From the NCBI GenBank assembly GCA_003557965.1, contig PWND01000166.1, forward strand, positions 1 through 47,993: a stretch of 47,993 bases of DNA, read 5' to 3'. This document shows positions 37,101 to 46,196 of this stretch, piece by piece; positions within the stretch are counted from its first letter, which is position 1, and each line of letters opens with the position of its first letter. The position numbers and the translations under genes were made by a program. The notes beneath the pieces were generated by a model, which saw only the letters and a program-made list of their open reading frames with translations, searched no databases and was not told the DNA's origin. Source of the stretch: Bacteroidales bacterium. Its GTDB lineage: Bacteria > Bacteroidota > Bacteroidia > Bacteroidales > UBA7960.

Positions 37101-40100
37101 AAACATATGGAAAAGACATATTGAAAAATCAAGGTATCTTAGCTCTAGTATGCCTTATCCAGCATATACAAGCAAGGGCTATGGATCACTACATTTTAAT
37201 ATTTCAAAACAAAAAAGCAAAAAAGAGGCTTTTCCGGTTAATAGTATATTAATAAAGCACGATAATCATGACTTTATTCGAATTTATCCCGGCAGATTCC
37301 GTGTTATGAATCAGTTAAAAGAAGGCAAATATGCATTGATATTAGCCTATCCTGACGATAAATATTTCATTCTTGAAAATATTAATATTTGGCCTGATGG
37401 CCAAAAACATCTTAATATTAAAGACCCTGAACTAATATCAAAGAGAGCTTTATCTGCAATAGTGTCAGAGATTTTGAATGAAGATGCCCTTAAGCAATAC
37501 TGGAAATGGCTAAGAGAAGAGAAAACTGATGTTTCATTAATCAGTAATATCTTTTATGAGAAAGTTACAGAGTCAAAATCAGGGTTAAAAGTAAAAGGAT
37601 ATGTTTATTGTGTAGAAGATGGTTCAGCTATTCCAGGTGCTTCTGTTATAATTAAAGGGACTACTTCAGGAACTATAACAGATATTAATGGTTATTATTC
37701 TCTAAAAATACCAGTGGGTAGTAATACTTTAACATTCTCTTTTGTGGGTTATGAAACTAAAAATGTAACTATTGACGGCAGAAGCTATATTAATGCACAA
37801 TTAAGCCCCTTTGTTTTTGCCCTGGATGAAGTCGTTTCTGTTGGTTATGGTACACAGCGAAGAGTTTCTGGTAGAGGACGTGTTACTCCAAAAGCTCCCA
37901 GGATAAGAGACGTTGTCATTGAAGATTATTCTGGGTTGCTGGAAGGCAGGGTTCCGGGGCAGAGTGCTTTTTACGGGGCTGACGAAATAGTTGTAAGGGG
38001 AGTTTCTTCCTTAGACAGTAGTTCTGAACCATTAATTATTATAGATGGGGTTGTTTATTTAGGTAGTTTGTCAAATATTAACCCTGATTTTATACAAAAC
38101 ATTACAATCCTTGACAGCTCAGAAGCAGTTGCTTTGTATGGAAGCAGGGCAGCAGCAGGAGCGATACTTATTGCTACTTCTGGTGGAACTGTTACTGACT
38201 CTGATTCAAAACTGCTTCAACAGCCGGAATTTGATAAAGACTTTATAGAATCAGCAATGTCTGCATCAATCAGGCAAAACTTCTCTGATTATGCATTTTG
38301 GCAGCCATCATTAAAAACAAATGAAAAAGGTATTGCTACTTTTAATGTTACGTTTCCTGATGATATTACAAGCTGGCAAACTCATTATCTTGCAATGAAT
38401 ACAAATAAGCAAAGCGGGCAAACTTCAACAATAACAAATTCTTATAAGCCATTAATGGCTCAATTATCATTGCCCAGGTTTTTGGTTAAATCAGATACAG
38501 CTAATGTTATAGGGAGAATATCCAACTACCTGATGGATTCGATAATGGTAACATCCAGTTTGAAAATTAATGAAAATACAATTTTCGCGAAAAGCAGATA
38601 TTGTCAAAATGTTATTGTTGATACTATCAAAGTTGTAGGAGCAACTGACAGTATTAACGTAAGATATACGATTGAAGCAGAAAATGGATTTTATGACGGC
38701 GAACAAAGAAGTATAAAAGTAAATCCTGCAGGGCTTGATGAATCTGTTGGCCAATTCTTTGTTTTGGACAAAGATACAATTATTGAATTTGATTTTATTG
38801 ATGATACAAAAACAGCTATGATTTATGCACAAGCGGATGTGCTGAATGTTTTAAGCCTTGAGTTGGAAAGGCTGATCAGGTATCGTCATTTGTGTAATGA
38901 GCAAGTAGCTTCAAGATTGAAGGCACTGCTAATGCAAAAGGCCATAAGTGATTTTAAGGAGGAGTCGTTTGGACTTGATAGAAATGTAAACAGGGCAATA
39001 AAAAGATTGTTGGATGGTAGAAATGAGGATGGGCTTTGGGGTTGGTGGAAGTCCTCCGGCACAAGCTATTGGATTAGTAACCATGTAATAGATGCATTAA
39101 TTAAAGCAGAAAATAAAGGGTATGATGCTAATCTGGATAAAACAACAATTTATGAAAAATATGTATGGTATTTAAATCAAAACATCCCCATTTCTCATAA
39201 GCTTCGAATAATTTACACATTAAAAAATCTTGATAGCGAAATAAACCTGAGTGAAAAAATTGATGAATTATTAATAAATGAAAAACTAAGCTTCAATCAA
39301 ATGCTTCAAGCTTATGAGATAAAGCAATTTTTTGATGAGAATATCAATATAGACACTTTACTAACTTATAAAAATGAAACACTTTTTGGTAATGTGTTTT
39401 TTTCAAGCGACGAAAATGATTATGACGTTACAGATAATAATGTGCAGAACACCTTGATAATGTATCGCATTTTAAGAAACTCAGAAAAGGATTATGATAA
39501 ATTATTGGCATTAATAAGGAATTATTTCTTTGAAGTTAAAAAAGAAGGAAGTTGGCGTAATACTTATGAGTCCTCTTTGATTATGGAAGCTATTTTGCCT
39601 GATTTGTTGAATGGTGGTTTTGTAAAAAAACCAAAGCTTAAATTTCGAGGTGATATTGAGAAAACAGTTACAGAGTTTCCATTTGAACTTGAAGTAAGCG
39701 CATCATCAAAATTTCAAATAGAAAAAACAGGTACTTATCCGGTCTATATTACAGGATATCAACAATTTTGGAATCCCAACCCATTGACTAAAACTAATGA
39801 TTTTAGCATATCAACATCTTTTAAAGGTATAGAGGATGACTTTCTCATTGCCGGAAGGCAGGTAAAGCTTGTTGCAAAAGTAAGATTAGAAAAAGATGCT
39901 GAATATGTTATGATTACCGTTCCAATTCCTGCCGGATGTTCATACGACAAAAAACCCAGCAGGCTTGAAAATGAATCTCACAGAGAACACTTCCGAAATG
40001 AAACTGTAATATATTCTGAAAAGCTCAAAGCAGGAAAATATGTTTTCGAAATTGGACTAATCCCACGATACACTGGAAATTATGTTTTAAATCCAGCAAA

Positions 40101-40167
40101 AATTGAACTAATGTATTTTCCTGTATTTAATGCGAATAATGAAATTAAAAGAATTGAAATAAAGTAA
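34180..40167 (+). CDS. Giant alpha-2-macroglobulin-family protein with an internal carboxypeptidase-regulatory-like + TonB-dependent-receptor plug module
   Basis: 1995 aa with a signal peptide (no lipobox Cys). MG2-like block NKPKYRPGETVKLKAFVVD. SusC-like module at aa 1140-1336 (GYVY...IPGASVIIKGTTSGTITDINGYYSL.., VVSVGYGTQRR, LEGRVPG, IVVRGVSS....PLIIIDGV, SSEAVALYGSRAAAGAILI). MG7-like block YAFWQPSLKTNEKGIATFNVTFPDDITSWQ. CNEQ at aa 1572-1575. TED-like block DGLWGWW....SYWISNHVIDAL. Confidence 0.8.
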   Translation: MKIKYFTLVVFFLSLLTIAKSQSLIKSSQTSHYTYIYKISDREAKRVYSRGFQILNNSYFHTVVDSFPTGTDYHGNLEPGHYLKAYTEDSGLNVKVSQVPNFDVRILNNNTDLCIQVFDLQGNLINDAKVRIGMRRISFDEKTGTYRLKRSNREGILHVKHKGVSGYYDLSRQFNNSFFNRNISPVVNSFPLRVVWRPARYFVRLPFDGMISLLKRNSFGTIAETHSFLWRIRVFGLYYLIDEAIELFYDIEDFFIEKIFFGLFDKSYNGYLVFNKPKYRPGETVKLKAFVVDKRGRPLKKELSLYVLIDGKSQKLSDITPYTKGGYKHEFYLHDTLNLKLDRKYNVYLAYNKNRVIRGSFHYEDYELSKKELSLRTLSHNHYKGRDFKLFITGRDVNQLNILDGRLEVIITPKKISELFEEKVFIPDTLFYSEIPLDPAKETELHINDSNFPKANMSYNIKVTLLTSDNQRHVKNKDVRYYHKKEEIELELLNDSILVNYLKNGLRTESQVSVFAYDNFGNELFLKKITTPATFPYNSFYNTYKAKTNNISEEIILSYQPSLIQPKAYRTHNSLSISVENPRNLDFTYNIYRKNKEVARGHGKTLDTLIKASRRHDYVISIRYVWGGRVSKENIRATYRDKKLNIKVKKPNLVFPGKNTDIEVLVTDQKGQPVDGVDLTAYSITSKFDYSPPAIPDFSRTFRSKKIINNFSISEFSENSYNTLELDYYFWKSLANIDTMEYYRFLFPEKGVYINSFNTPDGITQFAPFVFINGTLQPVHVIYVDNIPVYFSWSTNLRPYSFKIRPGYRKINIRTSDYLIKLNLINFSKGEKTIISVNPDISNSLMEVEKMQPYLSKSERDILSRYVFPYKYSFGDRYAYLVNRNKIHFLKPEVRRWNMRHATHYAGPVHGTTRFNLMRRYSHRFNHEPYFEYGFKPNLIQMRCINPDLYPMHLYNKGSKVRLNEYVLTQEKIQNIWKRHIEKSRYLSSSMPYPAYTSKGYGSLHFNISKQKSKKEAFPVNSILIKHDNHDFIRIYPGRFRVMNQLKEGKYALILAYPDDKYFILENINIWPDGQKHLNIKDPELISKRALSAIVSEILNEDALKQYWKWLREEKTDVSLISNIFYEKVTESKSGLKVKGYVYCVEDGSAIPGASVIIKGTTSGTITDINGYYSLKIPVGSNTLTFSFVGYETKNVTIDGRSYINAQLSPFVFALDEVVSVGYGTQRRVSGRGRVTPKAPRIRDVVIEDYSGLLEGRVPGQSAFYGADEIVVRGVSSLDSSSEPLIIIDGVVYLGSLSNINPDFIQNITILDSSEAVALYGSRAAAGAILIATSGGTVTDSDSKLLQQPEFDKDFIESAMSASIRQNFSDYAFWQPSLKTNEKGIATFNVTFPDDITSWQTHYLAMNTNKQSGQTSTITNSYKPLMAQLSLPRFLVKSDTANVIGRISNYLMDSIMVTSSLKINENTIFAKSRYCQNVIVDTIKVVGATDSINVRYTIEAENGFYDGEQRSIKVNPAGLDESVGQFFVLDKDTIIEFDFIDDTKTAMIYAQADVLNVLSLELERLIRYRHLCNEQVASRLKALLMQKAISDFKEESFGLDRNVNRAIKRLLDGRNEDGLWGWWKSSGTSYWISNHVIDALIKAENKGYDANLDKTTIYEKYVWYLNQNIPISHKLRIIYTLKNLDSEINLSEKIDELLINEKLSFNQMLQAYEIKQFFDENINIDTLLTYKNETLFGNVFFSSDENDYDVTDNNVQNTLIMYRILRNSEKDYDKLLALIRNYFFEVKKEGSWRNTYESSLIMEAILPDLLNGGFVKKPKLKFRGDIEKTVTEFPFELEVSASSKFQIEKTGTYPVYITGYQQFWNPNPLTKTNDFSISTSFKGIEDDFLIAGRQVKLVAKVRLEKDAEYVMITVPIPAGCSYDKKPSRLENESHREHFRNETVIYSEKLKAGKYVFEIGLIPRYTGNYVLNPAKIELMYFPVFNANNEIKRIEIK

Positions 40168-40389
40168 AAAAGAAATTCAACCAGCTATTCCACCATTGAT
40201 GGTTTGATAAAATAAAAACTGTTAATGCCACAGAAAAACTTCGTGGTTGCTTCAACTCTCAGCAGGAAAAAGCAATCAGGAGTAATTATTAGGAGCAAGT
40301 AAATATAAACTTTACTTGATGCTAATATAAATCAGATTTTTATTTTAGCGAAAAAAGTATTATTTTTCGTAAAAAATAAACTTTTTGCT

Positions 40390-40911
40390 ATGATATCAAA
40401 TTCTGATATAATTTTTCAAAGAAGAAGTATAAGGAAGTATAAGAGCAGGAAACCTGTTCATAAAGACTTAATTGATCATTTGATTAAAGCTGGAATGTCT
40501 GCTCCAAGTGCCAGGAACAAACAACCCTGGCATTTTGTAATAAGCCAGAACCCTAAAACGCTTGATATACTTTCAGAGCGACACCCTTATGCAAAAATGC
40601 TGAAAGATGCCTCTTTAGCAATATTGGTATGCGGAGATAAAGAATTGGATGATAATGAAAGCTATCTTGCCCAAAATTGTGCAGCCGCTACTCAAAATAT
40701 ATTACTGGCAACACATGCATGTGGGATGGGTGCAGTGTGGCTTGGTGTTTACCCAAGGGAAGAAAGAATTAAAATGTGCAGGGAAGTATTTGACTTGCCG
40801 CAACATATTATACCTGTTGCTCTTATCTCAATAGGATATCCTGATGAAGATAAGCCTGTAAACGACAATTTTAATCAAGAAAAGGTGCATTGGGAAAAAT
40901 GGCAAGGCTGA
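40390..40911 (+). CDS. Nitroreductase family protein
   Basis: 173 aa with RRSIRKY, APSARN.QPW.F and the overall length typical of the small NfnB/NADH-oxidase-like family. Confidence 0.85.
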   Translation: MISNSDIIFQRRSIRKYKSRKPVHKDLIDHLIKAGMSAPSARNKQPWHFVISQNPKTLDILSERHPYAKMLKDASLAILVCGDKELDDNESYLAQNCAAATQNILLATHACGMGAVWLGVYPREERIKMCREVFDLPQHIIPVALISIGYPDEDKPVNDNFNQEKVHWEKWQG

Positions 40912-41054
40912 TTTCTGTTATAAAGCAAAAAAATGTTAATAATATTTTTAACTATTTTTGCCTGAAAAACAAAACAATAGAGAACTTAACAGAGATTTGT
41001 CTTTATGATTATCTGATTTATCAGGAGAAATTACAAAACCTGCTTAATTAGTTA

Positions 41055-41062
41055 TATTTTTG
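41055..41062 (+). promoter_or_regulatory. Bacteroidota-type -7 box (TATTTTTG) upstream of cyclase 1
   Basis: TAnnTTTG match 28 nt upstream of the ATG at 41090. Confidence 0.3.
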
Positions 41063-41089
41063 CATAATAACAAACAGTAATACAAAGTA

Positions 41090-44000
41090 ATGAATATGCT
41101 ACAAACAACGTCTGTTTATAAATTCTTGGCAGGAATACTGTTTGTTTTTTCTTCTGTGGTAGTTACACAATCTCAAAACTATATTTTTCAGGTATATAAC
41201 CTGGATAATGGGCTCCCCCAGGTACAGGTTCCTGCATTATTAATGGATAGCAGGGGTTATTTATGGACGGGTTCAAGCGGTGGGGGAATTGCCAGGTTTG
41301 ATGGAGTTAATTTTTCGGCGTACTCAACAGAGCATGGACTTGGAAGCAGCAGGGTTTTATGCATTTTTGAAGACAGCAGCGGAAATATTTGGTCCGGAAA
41401 TTCAGAAGGAGCGCTAAACCGCTATAACGGAAGCGGATTTGATAATTTTCGACATCATGAGTATATAAATACAATTAACGCTATTGCTGAAGACAATCAT
41501 GGAAATCTTCTTATAGGTACGCAGTATCACGGAGTATTCTCTTTTGATGGAGATAGTTTTGCCAGGTTTGACATCCCTGAAAAATATTATAATACCACCA
41601 TTAGTTATATTTTTGTTAATAATGATGAAATATGGCTGGCTTTGAGCGAATATGGAATATTGCGTATAAAAGGAAATGAAATCACATCTTATGCTCATCA
41701 AAACGGATTTCCTGACAAAAACCCAAGAAAAATATTTTTAGACAGCAAGAATAATCTCTTTGTAGGCTCTGAGTCCGGGTTGTTCATATTTGAAAACAAT
41801 GAGTTTATTAACTATAATGACTACTATGGGCTAAAAGCAAATCCGATTGTTGATATTATCGAAGATAGCTATGGGAATTTATGGCTCGCTACTTTTGGGA
41901 ATGGAGTTGCTGTTATTGACGGCCATACCTCCAAGTACATAAATGCAAATGATGGACTGACTTTAAACTTTGTACAATCCTTAGAGGTTGACCCTTCCGG
42001 GGGTGTTTGGATAGGAACTAATGGCGGAGGCCTTTGCCGCTTTGGCGGTGAACAGTTTAAAATTTTAAACACTGAATCCGGATTGAGAAATAATATTTCA
42101 ATGTATATTTTTGAAGATAACAGCAATAATATCTGGATCAGCAATGTTGGAGAGGGCGTGGCAAGATGGGACAATAACGACATTACATACTATTCGCAAG
42201 CTGATGGCCTGGCTGATAATATAATATACGGCATTTACCAGGACAGCAGAGGCAGAACGTGGTTTGGCCATCAAACTTCCGGTGTAACAGTTTTCGACGG
42301 GGAAAACTTTAAGGTTTATAACCAGGATGATGGGCTTGCTTTTAACTTTGCTAATATTATAAGGGAGGACTCAAAAGAGAACATTTGGATATCCACAAGA
42401 CAGGGTATAAGCATGTACAATGGAGAATCGTTTAAAAACTTTACAATTGCTGATGGATTGTTAAACGATGTATCATATTCTCTCGAAATTGATAAAAATG
42501 ACAATGTTTGGAGTGCAGCTAAATCAGGGGTCTTAAATCATATAAAACAAAATACAAGTAATGAGATAACTGAATATGAGGTTTATAGCTATACTCCTGA
42601 TATACCAAACCTTAATACTTTTTCCACTATAGCTATTGATAATAACGGGATAGTATGGTTGGGCTCCTTTGGCAACGGAATTTTTTCCTTTGATGGCAAA
42701 AAGTTTACCCAATATACTACCGAAGATGGAATATCTTCAAACCAAATTTACTCATTAATTTTCGATAATGAGGGATATCTGTGGGCAGGACATTTAAAAG
42801 GCCTTGACAGAATTGCAGTAGAAGATAACACTATTAAAGAAGTCAGGCTGTTTTCAAAAGAACAAGGTTTTATAGGGGTTGAAACGGCACTTAATGCTAT
42901 TGCACAACTATCAGATGAGCGTATTCTTGTCGGAACAGTGAAAGGAATTATGATTTATCAACCACAGCATAGCCGGGAAATAGACTGTGAGCCTTTAACC
43001 CACATTAACAGCGTTAAAGTTTTTTTTGAAGATATTGATTTCTCTCCCTACTCAAGCTACATTGATAATAAAACCTTTTTACCTAAAGATCTTGTTTTGC
43101 CGCATAATAAGAACCATATTACATTTGATTTTGTTGGGATACAATACTCTTCGCCCGGCTTAATTAAATACTCATGGAAGCTTGAAGGTTTTGACAAAAA
43201 CTGGTCGCCACCGGTAAATAATAATACAGCTACATATACTAATTTGCCTCCAGGCAATTATAGCTTTAAAATAAAGTCTTATAGCCCATTTAAAAAGGGG
43301 CCGTCAGAACCGGCAGTTTTTGCGTTTTCAATAAAACCCCCATTTTACAAAACCACAACCTTCTATATTTTAGTCGGAATAGCATCATTTATTATTATTT
43401 TCCTATTAATATACTACAGAATCTACTCTTTAAAAAGGCTAAACATGAGGCTTGAAGGGCTGATTTATGATAGAACATGGGAGTTGCAACAAGAAAAAGA
43501 AAATGTAGAAGAACAAAGAAATAAAATTTTAGCTCAAAATATTGAAATATCAAGAAAAACCGTTGAACTCGAAGAAAGCAATGAAGAACTGAGAATTAAA
43601 ACAGAAGACCTTGAAGAACAAAGAACAGAAGCAGAACAGATTAATAAACAACTGGAACTTGAACAAAGAAAAACGGAAGACCTGTTGCTGAACATTTTAC
43701 CTCTTGAAATTGCAAACGAATTAAAAAGCCATGGCAAAGCATCGGTTAAAGAATTTAAAAGAGCTACAGTTATGTTTACCGATTTTTGTGACTTTATCAA
43801 TATTTCAAAAGAATATAGCCCCAAGAATTTAATCAGTAAGCTTGATGATAATTTTTCTGCCTTCGATAATGCTATTGAACAATACAGAATAGAAAAAATC
43901 AAAACAATAGGAGATTCATATATGTGTGCCGGTGGATTGCCGGTACCCAACCTTGCTAACCCCATTGAAGTTGTTTTGGCAGCACTTGATATACAAAACT

Positions 44001-44389
44001 TCTTATTTAAACAAGAAAAAATATCCAATGCTAAAGGAGAAATACCTTTTGTTGCCAGAATTGGTATTAATACAGGTGCAATAATTGCCGGAATAATCGG
44101 GAAGAAAAAAATTGCTTACGATATATGGGGCGAAACCGTTAACCTGGCCAGCAGAATGGAAGTAGCAAGTGAAAAAGGTAAAATAAATATTTCGGGCAGC
44201 ACTTATGAATATGTAAAAGATTACTTTGAAACAACTTATCGGGGAAAAATAAGCCTTAAAAACTCACCCTCAATAGATATGTACTTTGTTAATAGAATTA
44301 AGCCGATGTATTCCCTTGATGAATACGGGTTTACCCCTAACGACAAACTTTACCTGGAAATTGGAAGAGTTGACGCCTCCCAGGATTAA
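41090..44389 (+). CDS. Sensor adenylate cyclase 1: periplasmic two-component-regulator beta-propeller repeats + Y_Y_Y domain, TM helix, coiled coil, class III cyclase domain
   Basis: 1099 aa with a signal/anchor sequence and many (D/E)..G.(I/L)W.G(T/S)..G(L/V) propeller repeats. Y_Y_Y block IKYSWKLEGFDKNWSPP...ATYTNLPPGNYSFKIKS. TM helix FYILVGIASFIIIFLLIYY. E/K-rich coil. Cyclase domain with FTDF (metal Asp), KIKTIGDSYM (Lys + metal Asp) and YDIWGETVNLASRME (Asp, Asn, Arg). Confidence 0.88.
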   Translation: MNMLQTTSVYKFLAGILFVFSSVVVTQSQNYIFQVYNLDNGLPQVQVPALLMDSRGYLWTGSSGGGIARFDGVNFSAYSTEHGLGSSRVLCIFEDSSGNIWSGNSEGALNRYNGSGFDNFRHHEYINTINAIAEDNHGNLLIGTQYHGVFSFDGDSFARFDIPEKYYNTTISYIFVNNDEIWLALSEYGILRIKGNEITSYAHQNGFPDKNPRKIFLDSKNNLFVGSESGLFIFENNEFINYNDYYGLKANPIVDIIEDSYGNLWLATFGNGVAVIDGHTSKYINANDGLTLNFVQSLEVDPSGGVWIGTNGGGLCRFGGEQFKILNTESGLRNNISMYIFEDNSNNIWISNVGEGVARWDNNDITYYSQADGLADNIIYGIYQDSRGRTWFGHQTSGVTVFDGENFKVYNQDDGLAFNFANIIREDSKENIWISTRQGISMYNGESFKNFTIADGLLNDVSYSLEIDKNDNVWSAAKSGVLNHIKQNTSNEITEYEVYSYTPDIPNLNTFSTIAIDNNGIVWLGSFGNGIFSFDGKKFTQYTTEDGISSNQIYSLIFDNEGYLWAGHLKGLDRIAVEDNTIKEVRLFSKEQGFIGVETALNAIAQLSDERILVGTVKGIMIYQPQHSREIDCEPLTHINSVKVFFEDIDFSPYSSYIDNKTFLPKDLVLPHNKNHITFDFVGIQYSSPGLIKYSWKLEGFDKNWSPPVNNNTATYTNLPPGNYSFKIKSYSPFKKGPSEPAVFAFSIKPPFYKTTTFYILVGIASFIIIFLLIYYRIYSLKRLNMRLEGLIYDRTWELQQEKENVEEQRNKILAQNIEISRKTVELEESNEELRIKTEDLEEQRTEAEQINKQLELEQRKTEDLLLNILPLEIANELKSHGKASVKEFKRATVMFTDFCDFINISKEYSPKNLISKLDDNFSAFDNAIEQYRIEKIKTIGDSYMCAGGLPVPNLANPIEVVLAALDIQNFLFKQEKISNAKGEIPFVARIGINTGAIIAGIIGKKKIAYDIWGETVNLASRMEVASEKGKINISGSTYEYVKDYFETTYRGKISLKNSPSIDMYFVNRIKPMYSLDEYGFTPNDKLYLEIGRVDASQD

Positions 44390-44527
44390 TATCAAGCACA
44401 ATAATTTTTTTTCTTATTATTACTTGTGTATCTTTGAATTAGATTTCGACAACTTTCATTAGTGTCAGAGGTAACTTATTACGAAACAGCACGTAATAAT
44501 TTGTAAAATAAGGAATAATTGGTTTTT

Positions 44528-46084
44528 ATGTTAGATTTGTTTATAGACATTACCGTATTTGGCGCTTTGATAATGGCAGGAACATATTTTTTTGTGTTCT
44601 ATGCAATAAGGAAAGGAAAAACAACCCCGCTTTATTTTGGTGCTTTTGTACTATTTACAGGGATAATTATTCTTCTTAGGAATTCTATAATTATTGATGA
44701 AATTAATGTAACGCTATCATTAAAAACCATCAAGTCTTTTGAAAATGCCTTCTTTAGCCTGGCTGTTGTTTTCTTTACACAATATACTTTATTATTGTAT
44801 GAAAAGTATGTTAAGAAAAAAATCGTTTTAACCACTGTTGTATTATTTTCCCTTCTGGCTATTGTTACTTTTTTACTGCATGAAAAACATCTTTTACTTT
44901 TCAACAATGTAATCAGGCTTTTATTTATATGTTTAATCATTTATTTAACATTATGCCTAAGAAAAGCTTTTAAAGATAATAAGGTAGGATGTGAAATTTT
45001 TATTATTGCAAATATTGTGTTGATAATATCTCTTTTAAATGATTTTTTATTCATTAATGAAATTATTACCACGTTTGAAGTATTCCCAATAGCTGTTTTT
45101 ATTTATGTTCTTTTACAAGCGGTTTTTATATCAATAAAAAACAGGCAGGTTTCTACTGAAAAGAAAAAGCTGTCAAGCGAGCTTGATTATCATAACAAAA
45201 ACCTTGAAAAAATTATTGAAGACAAAACAAAAGACAATGAGAGAATAAAGGGTGAAATGAATGACCAGCAGGATTTTCTGGATGATTTAAAACATCAGTT
45301 GGATGAAAAAAAGGAAGACCTGCAGGCACAAAGCGAAATGCTTGATACGGTTAATCAAGCACTGGACAAAGAGCGTAAAAAATCAGAATCATTGCTTTTG
45401 AATATTTTACCTGAAAAAGTCGCTTATGAGCTTAAAGCACAAGGCAAGGCTAAACCAATGCATTATCCCGAAGCATCTGTTTTATTTACTGACTTTGTTG
45501 GTTTTAGCCGGATAGCAGCAGGTTTATCGCCTGAAGAGTTACTTAATGAATTGCATTTCTTTTTTGTCAGGTTTGATGATATTATTGAAAAATACAATGT
45601 TGACAAAATAAAAACGATAGGAGATGCCTATTTGTGTGCTTCAGGCATTATGGATAAACCCGGAAACAGGGTGGCGGCATGTGTAATGACAGGCCTTGAA
45701 ATATGTCGATTTATGGTTGATACTTTAGAAGAAAAAAAGGCGCTAAAACAACCCTGTTTTGAAGTCAGAATTGGAATTCATACAGGGCCTGTAGTTAGCG
45801 GTATTGTTGGCAAAACAAAATTTGCTTTTGATATCTGGGGCGACACTGTTAATACCGCTAAGCGAATTGAAGCAGCATGTAACCCCGGAGAATTATATAT
45901 ATCGAAAGATACTTTCGAAAGAGTAAAGGATTACTTTATTTGTAGCTCAAGAGGAAAAATTCCGGTAAAACACAAAGGAAAACTGGAAGTCTTTTTTGTT
46001 GAAAGGCTTAAGCCTGAGTATTGCTCAGACCCTGATGGGTTTGTACCCAATAATGAATTTTATAAGGTTATTGAGGGAAAATAA
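44528..46084 (+). CDS. Sensor adenylate cyclase 2: 7-TM (7TMR-DISM-like) membrane module, coiled coil, class III cyclase domain
   Basis: About 518 aa from the ATG at 44528 (the ORF track starts at TTG 44519). I counted seven hydrophobic helices in the first ~205 aa. Cyclase motifs are LFTDFVGFS, KIKTIGDAYLC, RIGIHTGPVVSG and FDIWGDTVNTAKRIE. Confidence 0.85.
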   Translation: MLDLFIDITVFGALIMAGTYFFVFYAIRKGKTTPLYFGAFVLFTGIIILLRNSIIIDEINVTLSLKTIKSFENAFFSLAVVFFTQYTLLLYEKYVKKKIVLTTVVLFSLLAIVTFLLHEKHLLLFNNVIRLLFICLIIYLTLCLRKAFKDNKVGCEIFIIANIVLIISLLNDFLFINEIITTFEVFPIAVFIYVLLQAVFISIKNRQVSTEKKKLSSELDYHNKNLEKIIEDKTKDNERIKGEMNDQQDFLDDLKHQLDEKKEDLQAQSEMLDTVNQALDKERKKSESLLLNILPEKVAYELKAQGKAKPMHYPEASVLFTDFVGFSRIAAGLSPEELLNELHFFFVRFDDIIEKYNVDKIKTIGDAYLCASGIMDKPGNRVAACVMTGLEICRFMVDTLEEKKALKQPCFEVRIGIHTGPVVSGIVGKTKFAFDIWGDTVNTAKRIEAACNPGELYISKDTFERVKDYFICSSRGKIPVKHKGKLEVFFVERLKPEYCSDPDGFVPNNEFYKVIEGK

Positions 46085-46196
46085 TTTATAATATTCAGGA
46101 TAAATCCCACAGCTTTAATACTTTTGTAAAAAATATCCCGCATATTTTTTTTAAAACTAAGCAGGATTATTGTTTTTCAGCTAAACTATAACTATA

